Assembly (NCBI GenBank): GCA_964016885.1
Contig: OZ024741.1
Span: 93,620,001 to 93,684,000 of the forward strand
DNA length: 64,000 nt
Source of the DNA: Eledone cirrhosa
Lineage: Eukaryota
Reading direction: 5' to 3'
The notes beneath the pieces were generated by a model that saw nothing but the letters and a program-made list of their open reading frames with translations, did not search any database and was not told the DNA's origin. The translations under genes and the position numbers were made by a program. Below, one piece after another: positions 35,469 through 52,174 of this stretch (positions are counted from its first letter, which is position 1; each line of letters begins with the position of its first letter).

Positions 35469-35519
35469 CATATATATACATATATATATATATATACATA
35501 TATATATACATATACATAC

Positions 35520-35552
<33 letters not shown>

Positions 35553-35597
35553 CATATACATACATATATATATATATACATATATATACATACATAC

Positions 35598-35628
<31 letters not shown>

Positions 35629-35735
35629 CATACATATATATATATATATACATACATATATATATATACATACATATATATATATACATACATATATATA
35701 TATACATATATATATACATACATATATATATATAC

Positions 35736-35766
<31 letters not shown>

Positions 35767-35785
35767 CATACATATATATATATAC

Positions 35786-35818
<33 letters not shown>

Positions 35819-35931
35819 CATATATATATACATACATATATATATATACATATATATATATACATATATATATATATACATACATATATATATATACATA
35901 TATATATATATACATACATATATATATATAC

Positions 35932-35982
<51 letters not shown>

Positions 35983-35993
35983 CATACATATAC

Positions 35994-36028
<35 letters not shown>

Positions 36029-36039
36029 CATACATATAC

Positions 36040-36096
<57 letters not shown>

Positions 36097-36107
36097 CATA
36101 CATATAC

Positions 36108-36196
<89 letters not shown>

Positions 36197-36233
36197 CATA
36201 TATAAATATACATACATATATATATATATATAT

Positions 36234-36272
<39 letters not shown>

Positions 36273-36291
36273 CATATATATATATATATAT

Positions 36292-36334
<43 letters not shown>

Positions 36335-36369
36335 CATATATATATATATATATATACATACATATAAAT

Positions 36370-36438
<69 letters not shown>

Positions 36439-36439
36439 C

Positions 36440-36475
<36 letters not shown>
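35269..36475. repeat. Interrupted (TA)n/(TACA)n microsatellite
   Basis: Direct reading. Confidence 0.97.
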
Positions 36476-36476
<1 letters not shown>

Positions 36477-36953
36477 CAATATTAAATAAATGGAAAACTA
36501 TATTTATAAAACCATATTTATTTCATTATATATATTTCGGGGATATCATATTAACAATATGCTATGCCTTCATCAGACAAAATACAATATAAACAGTTTT
36601 ATAGATAAATATATTCGACATACCGTAATAAACATCAACTTCATTTGAAGAGGTTCACTCTAGCAGTGAAAATACAGAGAGAAAGAAAGAGAGAGAGAAA
36701 AGAGGGAAATAAGAAAGAAAGAAAGACGAAACGAAGAAAAGGAAGAAAAAGAAGAAGAAGAAAAAGAAGAAATGCATGGGACAAAATAGAGAGATGGAAA
36801 AATAGATAAAGCGAAGAGCTTCATGTAAAGAGACCGAAAGAGATATATATATATATATAGAGAGAGGAAATAGAGATAGATACATATATAAATATAGATA
36901 TAGAAAAATTAGGTAGTGGGAGGTCATTTTGAGTAAGTGTATCAATGATGCAT

Positions 36954-36988
<35 letters not shown>

Positions 36989-38804
36989 GCTCAAGTATTA
37001 ATGTAAGGGAGATATAGAGAGATATAGAGAGATATAGAGAGAGAAAAATTTAAAAATAGCCAGACATATTCGAGGCGTAGAAAACCCTATGTTTTAATGT
37101 ATTAGTATTTATAAAACTTACACTATATTGTAAATATCAGTATTCCTGAATGAAACAAGTATTCACAATGCGTGAAAATTCATTATCTTATGTTTAGTTT
37201 TTTAAAAAAAATTCATATGTCTATGTGAATCCAACTGATTCACTCCGCAAATTCAAAGTTACCGGAAAACATTCTCAATGTGGTATAAACATTTGAGCGT
37301 ATTATTATTCTTGCGATTACTCTACAAGATTATCTATCAAGCAGAAATAGAGAGCAGATTTCAATATACTAATCGAAAATATATATTATATTATAAGCAG
37401 AGATAACAATAATAATGATAATAAGTAAAAATATATAAAAATATAAAAATATAGAATAGAAAACTAAAAAAGAATATTACGAAAGAATATTACATAATAA
37501 AAATATTGCATATTAAAAATACTATGTTTTAAAATTATTACGTATTAAAACTTTACATATAAAAATTTACATATAAAAATATTAAAAATAAAAATAAAAT
37601 AAAATAAAAAATAAAAAATAAAAATATAAAAATATTATAGAATACTACAATACTAAAAGAATAAAAATAAAAATAAAAATAAAAATAAAAATAAAAATAA
37701 AAATAAAAAATAAACCACAAAGAACAACCCTTCAAGGTTAATTGACAATATATTGCCAAGTTCACTACAAGACAAAGCCAAAAATTATCTATCAAATCAC
37801 ATCTAGCAAGGAATATCGCAAAAAAAAAAAAAAAAAGGTTATGATGTCCAATAATGTCTACATATGTTCCTATATTTAATATATAAGTTTATCAAGTGTA
37901 AGGTTAATTCATAAAATTTGGAGCATCGGCTTTTAGGGTAGCTTAATTTTTCATGAGGAATGTTTAGATAAAAATAAGAATAAAAAATAAAAATAAAAAT
38001 AAATACAATAAAATAAACAGTAAAAAGAGGGAATCAAAGATTTAGGAATCAAAAGATTTATCGGCTAGTTCTCATATAAATATAAATCAAACTAAATATA
38101 CTACATTTTAAATTTAAATTTATATTTAAACGTTGAGTTTAATCTATGTTTGCAACAACTGAATAAATTTGTCCGTAGGTTAAGGGAATTTTTAGATTTT
38201 AGTATAAAGAATATCTCCTCTGCGCAGAGGTCACATGTCTCAGAGGATGAATTAAAAGGAATCCCTCTTGAGACTATATTCCAAGCCGTCGAATATCTAA
38301 CGTTATCTAGCTTAAGTTGCCAGAGTACACCTGATAGTGCCGTTGAAGATTTTTTATTTGGATCTGTGAAAGAATTCTTGTGGTTATTATAGCGAAGTTT
38401 AAATTCCGTCGATGTGGAACCGACGTAGTTAAAAGAATTAGAGTCAGTATTAACATTACAATTGTATACTATATTTTTAACTAAGCAGTTGTTATTTAAC
38501 GGACATTTAGATCTATCTCTACAGTTGCATTTGTTAACTTGTATATTATTTATGCTATTATCAGTAGTTTTTAAGTTCCTATTATTTATTCTATTAATAT
38601 TTTGTGCTAAATTTTTGGTGGATGAATAGGTTAATTTAATTGTATGCCTATTGAAGATTGAGTGGTACCTATGTGTTCTTGGGAAGCGATTATCAAGAGC
38701 TTTGAAAAATAATTTAGCGATGTGGGTTTTAATGTTTAGTGAGAAAGGGGGGGCAAACCAAATTATGTTCCTAGTTCTATTTCTTTTTTGTCCTTTGGAA
38801 TTAT
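36476..38804 (-). mobile_element. Inverted 5'-truncated duplicate of the Naiad-type PLE (GIY-YIG end + 3' UTR/pLTR)
   Basis: Reverse complement of ~41777-44103. ORF 38101..38889 matches the C-terminus of 40270..42480. Hammerhead at 36519-36584 (-). Confidence 0.93.
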
Positions 38805-39620
38805 AATTTTTGCGATATTCCTTGCTAGATGTGATTTGATAGATAATTTTTGGCTTTGTCTTGTAGTGAACTTGGCAATATATTGTCAATTAACCTTGAA
38901 GGGTTGTTCTTTGTGGTTTATTTTTTATTTTTATTTTTATTTTTATTTTTATTTTTATTCTTTTAGTATTGTAGTATTCTATAATATTTTTATATTTTTA
39001 TTTTTTATTTTTTATTTTATTTTATTTTTATTTTTAATATTTTTATATGTAAATTTTTATATGTAAAGTTTTAATACGTAATAATTTTAAAACATAGTAT
39101 TTTTAATATGCAATATTTTTATTATGTAATATTCTTTCGTAATATTCTTTTTTAGTTTTCTATTCTATATTTTTATATTTTTATATATTTTTACTTATTA
39201 TCATTATTATTGTTATCTCTGCTTATAATATAATATATATTTTCGATTATTATATTGAAATCTGCTCTCTATTTCTGCTTGATAGATAATCTTGTAGAGT
39301 AATCGCAAGAATAATAATACGCTCAAATGTTTATACCACATTGAGAATGTTTTCCGGTAACTTTGAATTTGCGGAGTGAATCAGTTGGATTCACATAGAC
39401 ATATGAATTTTTTTTAAAAAACTAAACATAAGATAATGAATTTTCACGCATTGTGAATACTTGTTTCATTCAGGAATACTGATATTTACAATATAGTGTA
39501 AGTTTTATAAATACTAATACATTAAAACATAGGGTTTTCTACGCCTCGAATATGTCTGGCTATTTTTAAATTTTTCTCTCTCTATATCTCTCTATATCTC
39601 CCTTACATTAATACTTGAGC

Positions 39621-39655
<35 letters not shown>

Positions 39656-40024
39656 ATGCATCATTGATACACTTACTCAAAATGACCTCCCACTACCTAA
39701 TTTTTCTATATCTATATTTATATATGTATCTATCTCTATTTCCTCTCTCTCTATATATATATATATCTCTTTCGGTCTCTTTACATGAAGCTCTTCGCTT
39801 TATCTATTTTTCCATCTCTCTATTTTGTCCCATGCATTTCTTCTTTTTCTTCTTCTTCTTTTTCTTCCTTTTCTTCGTTTCGTCTTTCTTTCTTTCTTAT
39901 TTCCCTCTTTTCTCTCTCTCTTTCTTTCTCTCTGTATTTTCACTGCTAGAGTGAACCTCTTCAAATGAAGTTGATGTTTATTACGGTATGTCGAATATAT
40001 TTATCTATAAAACTGTTTATATTG

Positions 40025-40090
40025 TATTTTGTCTGATGAAGGCATAGCATATTGTTAATATGATATCCCCGAAATATATATAATGAAATA
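40025..40090 (+). ncRNA. Type I hammerhead in pLTR (also 43994-44059 +, 36519-36584 -)
   Basis: tattttgt CTGATGA aggcatagcatatt gtt aatatgatatcccc GAAA tatata TA atgaaata. Confidence 0.8.
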
Positions 40091-40269
40091 AATATGGTTT
40101 TATAAATATAGTTTTCCATTTATTTAATATTGTAAATATACTCCAAGTATTTGTCGAGTGCTTTTATATCAGTTATAAATATTTACTAGTTGTAACCCAA
40201 CAATTTTAAATATAACTTTACATGTATCTTGCTCCAATACTGTTGAGCGCTTTATATTATAACTGAAAA

Positions 40270-42480
40270 ATGGAATTCTTTAAGATTACTTCCTCTCTAA
40301 AAGACATACCTCTACCTAGAAACAAAGACTTTGTAAAACAACTAATAGATAAATCTGACTCTTTTATAAGGAGAATCAGGTGGCGTGCATTCCACTTTGA
40401 TAAATTTAATGCAGACGAAAATATCTCGGACTTAAACAAAGTTTTCAAATCTAAAAGAAATCCACCCCCTAACAAACTTTTATCTGACTTTGAAAACGAT
40501 ATAATTTCTATCATACAAGGGGTCAAATTCAAGAGAAACTTTAAAGGCCAGGAATATCTGAAAGGCATTAAGGATAACATTGAGAGCTTAGAGAAAACTG
40601 AGATCTTGGTGAAATCTGACAAGACCAACAACCTCTATGGAGTGCAGAAAGACATGTATAATGGCCTCATACTGAAAGAGCTGAGGAAAAAATACAAGGT
40701 AGCAGATAAGACCGAACTTGTGAAAATGAATGTTGAAGCATCTTGTATAATGCATGAGTTGGAAATTGAGAACAGAACACAACCTTTTGTGCCCAGGAAA
40801 CCGAAGATCAATATGAAGGACCACAAGAGGAATTTTGAGATTGACCTGCCAGTTAGATTAATCGCACCTTCAAAATCGGACCTGGGCAAATTAAGCAAAA
40901 ACATTCTTGACAGGGTGATACTGCAAATTAAGAACTTGGATTATGTATCTAACCTGAGCTTGTGGAAGGGAACCGGAGAGGTTGTTGAGTGGTTTAGGCA
41001 AATTAAATATGACAATAATAATAGGTTTATTCAACTTGATATAGCTAACTATTATTCTTCTATTACCCCTAGTCTACTAAATAAGGCACTAAATTACGCA
41101 TTCAAACATACGGACCTAACTAGCAAAGAAATGCATATTATATTATCGGCTAGGAAAACTTTGATAGAATTTGATGACAAATTATGGACCAGAGCAGATA
41201 GAGATAGCAATTTTGACATAACTATGGGATCTTCCGACTCAGCTCAAGTAACTGACCTTGTGGGCTTATTTTTAATCAATTCGCTACATAGGAAAATACC
41301 TGGTACTACCGGAGGTTTATATAGGGATGACATGCTTTTACTCATTAATAATAATAACCCTGAACTAAATAGAAAATGTAAACAAATTACAAAATTTTTT
41401 AATTACTTTAACCTTAAAATAGAAATTGAGAACAACCATAGAATAGTCAATTTCCTAGATATAACATTAAATCTCAACACATGTCTCCACTATCCTTTTC
41501 ACAAGTTGAATGAAAACTTAAACTATGTCAACTTTAACTCTAACCACCCCAGATCTGTCAAAAACACTATAGTAAACTCAGTCCAAAAGCGTATCTCTAG
41601 GATCTCGTCGAATAGAAAGATTTTTGACGAAAAGGCCCAATACTATAATGATGCACTAGCTAGGGCAGGGTATGCTGATAAGATTGTGTACATAGATAAT
41701 GATAAACAAACTAAACAAAGTAACAACTTTTTTAATTATGGCAACAACATTAACAACTATAATAGAAAGCATTACAATAATTCCAAAGGACAAAAAAGAA
41801 ATAGAACTAGGAACATAATTTGGTTTGCCCCCCCTTTCTCACTAAACATTAAAACCCACATCGCTAAATTATTTTTCAAAGCTCTTGATAATCGCTTCCC
41901 AAGAACACATAGGTACCACTCAATCTTCAATAGGCATACAATTAAATTAACCTATTCATCCACCAAAAATTTAGCACAAAATATTAATAGAATAAATAAT
42001 AGGAACTTAAAAACTACTGATAATAGCATAAATAATATACAAGTTAACAAATGCAACTGTAGAGATAGATCTAAATGTCCGTTAAATAACAACTGCTTAG
42101 TTAAAAATATAGTATACAATTGTAATGTTAATACTGACTCTAATTCTTTTAACTACGTCGGTTCCACATCGACGGAATTTAAACTTCGCTATAATAACCA
42201 CAAGAATTCTTTCACAGATCCAAATAAAAAATCTTCAACGGCACTATCAGGTGTACTCTGGCAACTTAAGCTAGATAACGTTAGATATTCGACGGCTTGG
42301 AATATAGTCTCAAGAGGGATTCCTTTTAATTCATCCTCTGAGACATGTGACCTCTGCGCAGAGGAGATATTCTTTATACTAAAATCTAAAAATTCCCTTA
42401 ACCTACGGACAAATTTATTCAGTTGTTGCAAACATAGATTAAACTCAACGTTTAAATATAAATTTAAATTTAAAATGTAG
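40270..42480 (+). CDS. PLE reverse transcriptase + GIY-YIG endonuclease (Naiad-type, 736 aa)
   Basis: KSDKT, KDHK, VRLIAP, LDIANYYSSI, ITMGS, LYRDD, NFLD, WFAPPF, CNCRDRSKCP..C..NIVY..YVGST..FKLRY..H..CDLCAEE. Confidence 0.95.
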   Translation: MEFFKITSSLKDIPLPRNKDFVKQLIDKSDSFIRRIRWRAFHFDKFNADENISDLNKVFKSKRNPPPNKLLSDFENDIISIIQGVKFKRNFKGQEYLKGIKDNIESLEKTEILVKSDKTNNLYGVQKDMYNGLILKELRKKYKVADKTELVKMNVEASCIMHELEIENRTQPFVPRKPKINMKDHKRNFEIDLPVRLIAPSKSDLGKLSKNILDRVILQIKNLDYVSNLSLWKGTGEVVEWFRQIKYDNNNRFIQLDIANYYSSITPSLLNKALNYAFKHTDLTSKEMHIILSARKTLIEFDDKLWTRADRDSNFDITMGSSDSAQVTDLVGLFLINSLHRKIPGTTGGLYRDDMLLLINNNNPELNRKCKQITKFFNYFNLKIEIENNHRIVNFLDITLNLNTCLHYPFHKLNENLNYVNFNSNHPRSVKNTIVNSVQKRISRISSNRKIFDEKAQYYNDALARAGYADKIVYIDNDKQTKQSNNFFNYGNNINNYNRKHYNNSKGQKRNRTRNIIWFAPPFSLNIKTHIAKLFFKALDNRFPRTHRYHSIFNRHTIKLTYSSTKNLAQNINRINNRNLKTTDNSINNIQVNKCNCRDRSKCPLNNNCLVKNIVYNCNVNTDSNSFNYVGSTSTEFKLRYNNHKNSFTDPNKKSSTALSGVLWQLKLDNVRYSTAWNIVSRGIPFNSSSETCDLCAEEIFFILKSKNSLNLRTNLFSCCKHRLNSTFKYKFKFKM

Positions 42481-43589
42481 TATATTTAGTTTGATTTATA
42501 TTTATATGAGAACTAGCCGATAAATCTTTTGATTCCTAAATCTTTGATTCCCTCTTTTTACTGTTTATTTTATTGTATTTATTTTTATTTTTATTTTTTA
42601 TTCTTATTTTTATCTAAACATTCCTCATGAAAAATTAAGCTACCCTAAAAGCCGATGCTCCAAATTTTATGAATTAACCTTACACTTGATAAACTTATAT
42701 ATTAAATATAGGAACATATGTAGACATTATTGGACATCATAACCTTTTTTTTTTTTTGCGATATTCCTTGCTAGATGTGATTTGATAGATAATTTTTGGC
42801 TTTGTCTTGTAGTGAACTTGGCAATATATTGTCAATTAACCTTGAAGGGTTGTTCTTTGTGGTTTATTTTTTATTTTTATTTTTATTTTTATTTTTATTT
42901 TTATTTTTATTTTTATTCTTTTAGTATTGTAGTATTCTATAATATTTTTATATTTTTATTTTTTATTTTTTATTTTATTTTATTTTTATTTTTAATATTT
43001 TTATATGTAAATTTTTATATGTAAAGTTTTAATACGTAATAATTTTAAAACATAGTATTTTTAATATGCAATATTTTTATTATGTAATATTCTTTCGTAA
43101 TATTCTTTTTTAGTTTTCTATTCTATATTTTTATATTTTTATATATTTTTACTTATTATCATTATTATTGTTATCTCTGCTTATAATATAATATATATTT
43201 TCGATTAGTATATTGAAATCTGCTCTCTATTTCTGCTTGATAGATAATCTTGTAGAGTAATCGCAAGAATAATAATACGCTCAAATGTTTATACCACATT
43301 GAGAATGTTTTCCGGTAACTTTGAATTTGCGGAGTGAATCAGTTGGATTCACATAGACATATGAATTTTTTTTTAAAAAACTAAACATAAGATAATGAAT
43401 TTTCACGCATTGTGAATACTTGTTTCATTCAGGAATACTGATATTTACAATATAGTGTAAGTTTTATAAATACTAATACATTAAAACATAGGGTTTTCTA
43501 CGCCTCGAATATGTCTGGCTATTTTTAAATTTTTCTCTCTCTATATCTCTCTATATCTCTCTATATCTCCCTTACATTAATACTTGAGC

Positions 43590-43624
<35 letters not shown>

Positions 43625-44195
43625 ATGCATCATTGATACACTTACTCAAAATGACCTCCCACTACCTAATTTTTCTATATCTATATTTATATATGTATCT
43701 ATCTCTATTTCCTCTCTCTATATATATATATATATCTCTTTCGGTCTCTTTACATGAAGCTCTTCGCTTTATCTATTTTTCCATCTCTCTATTTTGTCCC
43801 ATGCATTTCTTCTTTTTCTTCTTCTTCTTTTTCTTCCTTTTCTTCGTTTCGTCTTTCTTTCTTTCTTATTTCCCTCTTTTCTCTCTCTCTTTCTTTCTCT
43901 CTGTATTTTCACTGCTAGAGTGAACCTCTTCAAATGAAGTTGATGTTTATTACGGTATGTCGAATATATTTATCTATAAAACTGTTTATATTGTATTTTG
44001 TCTGATGAAGGCATAGCATATTGTTAATATGATATCCCCGAAATATATATAATGAAATAAATATGGTTTTATAAATATAGTTTTCCATTTATTTAATATT
44101 GTAAATATACTCCAAGTATTTGTCGAGTGCTTTTATATCAGTTATAAATATTTACTAGTTGTAACCCAACAATTTTAAATATAACTTTACATATA

Positions 44196-44264
<69 letters not shown>

Positions 44265-44273
44265 ATACACACA

Positions 44274-44362
<89 letters not shown>

Positions 44363-44371
44363 ATACACACA

Positions 44372-44423
<52 letters not shown>

Positions 44424-44445
44424 AATATATATATATATATATATA

Positions 44446-46731
44446 TAAAACAAATAACGAAACGAAATTAAATTTCGTTTCGTTTGTAATTCACTTTTGT
44501 ATGACTGACACTTAAACAATTAAGTTAAAGATGTACATCCATATATGTATACTGAAATACTAGTATGTATATGAATACACACACGTATACATATGTAGAT
44601 GTACCAAGTTTTTTTCACTGGTCACTTTACTGTGAGTGGCCAGCTATTCTGTATGTAAACACACAGACAAACCGGTTTTTAGAGTCATACTGGTTTTTGA
44701 GGAAACACCTTTCCTCTATTCTCCAGAAAGCCAGACAAGGAATATTGAACTAGTTTCGTTGTTGTTACAACTCATCAGCAATATTTACCTATCTTCCGGC
44801 CTCTCTAGAGAATCGTAAAAGCACATATCGTTATATGCTTTTTCTATGAAAATTAGTAGTGGGCAGACCAACTTGCATAGAGTGTGAGTAAGTACCGGTT
44901 CAATGGAGACGATAAAACAAATAACGAAACGAAATTAAATTTCGTTTCGTTTGTAACTCACTTTTGTATGACTGACACTTAAACAATTAAGTTAAAGATG
45001 TACATCCATATATGTATACTGAAATACTAGTATGTATATGAATACACACACGTATACATATGTAGATGTACCAAGTTTTTTTCACTGGTCACTTTACTGT
45101 GAGTGGCCAGCTATTCTGTATGTAAACACACAGACAAACCGGTTTTTAGAGTCATACTGGTTTTTGAGGAAACACCTTTCCTCTATTCTTCAGAAAGCCA
45201 GACAAGGAATATTGAACTAGTTTCGTTGTTGTTACAACTCATCAGCAATATTTACCTATCTTCCGGCCTCTCTAGAGAATCGTAAAAGCACATATCGTTA
45301 TATGCTTTTTCTATGAAAATTAGTAGTGGGCAGACCAACTTGCATAGAGTGTGAGTAAGTACCGGTTCAATGGAGACGATATTTCGTTATTTGTTTTATC
45401 GTCTCCATTGAACCGGTACTTACCTACACTCTATGCAAGTTGGTCTGCCCACTACTAATTTTCATAGAAAAAGCATATAACGATATGTGCTTTTACGATT
45501 CTCTAGAGAGGCCGGAAGATAGGTAAATATTGCTGATGAGTTGTAACAACAACGAAACTAGTTCAATATTCCTTGTCTGGCTTTCTGGAGAATAGAGGAA
45601 AGGTGTTTCCTCAAAAACCAGTATGACTCTAAAAACCGGTTTGTCTGTGTGTTTACATACAGAATAGCTGGCCACTCACAGTAAAGTGACCAGTGAAAAA
45701 AACTTGGTACATCTACATATGTATACGTGTGTGTATTCATATACATACTAGTATTTCAGTATACATATATGGATGTACATCTTTAACTTAATTGTTTAAG
45801 TGTCAGTCATACAAAAGTGAGTTACAAACGAAACGAAATTTAATTTCGTTTCGTTATTTGTTTTATCGTCTCCATTGAACCGGTACTTACTCACACTCTA
45901 TGCAAGTTGGTCTGCCCACTACTAATTTTCATAGAAAAAGCATATAACGATATGTGCTTTTACGATTCTCTAGAGAGGCTGGAAGATAGGTAAATATTGC
46001 TGATGAGTTGTAACAACAACGAAACTAGTTCAATATTCCTTGTCTGGCTTTCTGAAGAATAGAGGAAAGGTGTTTCCTCAAAAACCAGTATGACTCTAAA
46101 AACCGGTTTGTCTGTGTGTTTACATACAGAATAGCTGGCCACTCACAGTAAAGTGACCAGTGAAAAAAACTTGGTACATCTACATATGTATACGTGTGTG
46201 TATTCATATACATACTAGTATTTCAGTATACATATATGGATGTACATCTTTAACTTAATTGTTTAAGTGTCAGTCATACAAAAGTGAGTTACAAACGAAA
46301 CGAAATTTAATTTCGTTTCGTTATTTGTTTTATCGTCTCCATTGAACCGGTACTTACTCACACTCTATGCAAGTTGGTCTGCCCACTACTAATTTTCATA
46401 GAAAAAGCATATAACGATATGTGCTTTTACGATTCTCTAGAGAGGCCGGAAGATAGGTAAATATTGCTGATGAGTTGTAACAACAACGAAACTAGTTCAA
46501 TATTCCTTGTCTGGCTTTCTGGAGAATAGAGGAAAGGTGTTTCCTCAAAAACCAGTATGACTCTAAAAACCGGTTTGTCTGTGTGTTTACATACAGAATA
46601 GCTGGCCACTCACAGTAAAGTGACCAGTGAAAAAAACTTGGTACATCTACATATGTATACGTGTGTGTATTCATATACATACTAGTATTTCAGTATACAT
46701 ATATGGATGTACATCTTTAACTTAATTGTTT
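44446..46731. mobile_element. 467-bp hammerhead tandem array (non-LTR retrozyme-like): 2 inverted units plus ~2.9 direct units
   Basis: aaaacaaataacg at 44447 and 44914. Inversion at ~45381. ttcgttatttg at 45383/45850/46317. One hammerhead per unit. Confidence 0.9.
45526..45570 (+). ncRNA. Type I hammerhead (also 45993-46037, 46460-46504 +; 44741-44785, 45208-45252 -)
   Basis: aatattg CTGATGA gttgt aaca acaac GAAA ctag TT caatatt. Palindromic stem III AACTAGTT, GUU site. Confidence 0.9.
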
Positions 46732-46751
46732 ATATATATATATATATATAC

Positions 46752-46788
<37 letters not shown>

Positions 46789-46813
46789 CATACATATATA
46801 TATATATATACAT

Positions 46814-46846
<33 letters not shown>

Positions 46847-46975
46847 CATACATATATGTATATATACATACATATATATATATATATATATACATACATA
46901 TATATACATATATACATATATATATATATATACATACATATATATACATATATACATATATATATATATATACAT

Positions 46976-47008
<33 letters not shown>

Positions 47009-47121
47009 CATACATATATGTATATATACATACATATATATATATATATATATACATACATATATATACATATATACATATATATATATACATATATATA
47101 TATATACATACATACATATAC

Positions 47122-47168
<47 letters not shown>

Positions 47169-47183
47169 CATATATACATATAT

Positions 47184-47214
<31 letters not shown>

Positions 47215-47219
47215 CATAC

Positions 47220-47334
<115 letters not shown>

Positions 47335-47368
47335 CATATATATATATATATATACATACATATATATA

Positions 47369-47948
47369 TGGTGGCTGCCAACTCGTTTTCGAGTACGGCC
47401 ACTACTTTATATCCATGTAGGAGAACCCCTACTGATGCGCTAAACGAGTGTGACTTTTCAGTCCAGCCAGCGACTTGAAAACTCTGGTACAAACACTACA
47501 CTTGTGACAATTATTGACACATAGTGCTGGGCCCATGGTACCATGTGACGACAAGTGCAGAGAGATCTCCAGATATAAAGCAATGCCTGTGCCGTGAAGC
47601 TTTTATAGTGAGCAAAGGCACTGCACAAAGCCAGTCCCACTCTCTTAACCAAGATGATATTTACCAAAAAGAAGAACAAGTCAACATCATTGGATACCAT
47701 CAGGGTTGCAGGTGTTATATCAGAGTTTTCCTACTCCTAGAATTCTGCCTTGAGAAAGGCTAAGGGTCATCTCTCCCGGTGATTTTGGATGGCCATTGAC
47801 TCTTAAGAGGTCCTTTGCCCTTTGACAGGCTTTGTTTTTAGTCCTGCAGGATGTCCAAAGTCACCCTCCTCACCAAGAAACCTTGGTGGGGTTGCCAGTT
47901 TAGTCGCCAACGACCCGACCATGGGACAGGTTGTACTGGAATACATGT
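47369..47948 (-). mobile_element. Short non-autonomous RTE-derived element (5' UTR-like part fused to ORF end and 3' UTR)
   Basis: Minus strand encodes a terminal C2H2 remnant [25 protein letters not shown], then a stem-loop 3' end. The structured GC-rich 5' part resembles RTE leaders. Flanked by (TA)n. Confidence 0.6.
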
Positions 47949-47963
47949 TATATATATATATAT

Positions 47964-48028
<65 letters not shown>

Positions 48029-48115
48029 CATACATATATATATATATATACACATATATATATATATACATACATATATATATATATACATACATATATA
48101 TATATACATACATAT

Positions 48116-48146
<31 letters not shown>

Positions 48147-48387
48147 CATACATATATATATATATATATATACATATGATAAGATACATACGATACATAT
48201 ATATATATATATACATACATATACATATATATACACATACATACACATACATACATATATATATACATATATACATATATATATATGTATATATATATAT
48301 ATATGTATGTATATATATACATATGTATGTATATATATATATATATATGTATGTATATATATATATGTGTATATATATATATATATG

Positions 48388-52174
<3,787 letters not shown>

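Larger units (their letters stand above)
38805..44192 (+). mobile_element. Naiad-type Penelope-like element, pLTR-ORF-pLTR, apparently intact
   Basis: ~1.4-kb direct repeats (~38807-40223, ~42752-44192) flank a single uninterrupted ORF. Confidence 0.93.

Noticed and set aside
40270-42480. Selenoprotein-type Naiad
   Set aside because: No in-frame TGA; the conserved positions are ordinary Cys
36655-43923. Hydrophobic Phe/Leu-rich ORFs in the pLTRs resembling membrane proteins
   Set aside because: Arise from T-rich simple repeats
44565-46680. Repeated 60-62 aa ORFs in the 467-bp units
   Set aside because: Short, overlapping, antisense to the ribozyme strand and with no recognisable motif
47860-47935. 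Twister ribozyme on minus strand (acct gtccca tg gtc gggt ... gaggg)
   Set aside because: P4/pseudoknot-like pieces are present, but no convincing P1, P2 or cleavage-site loop could be assigned
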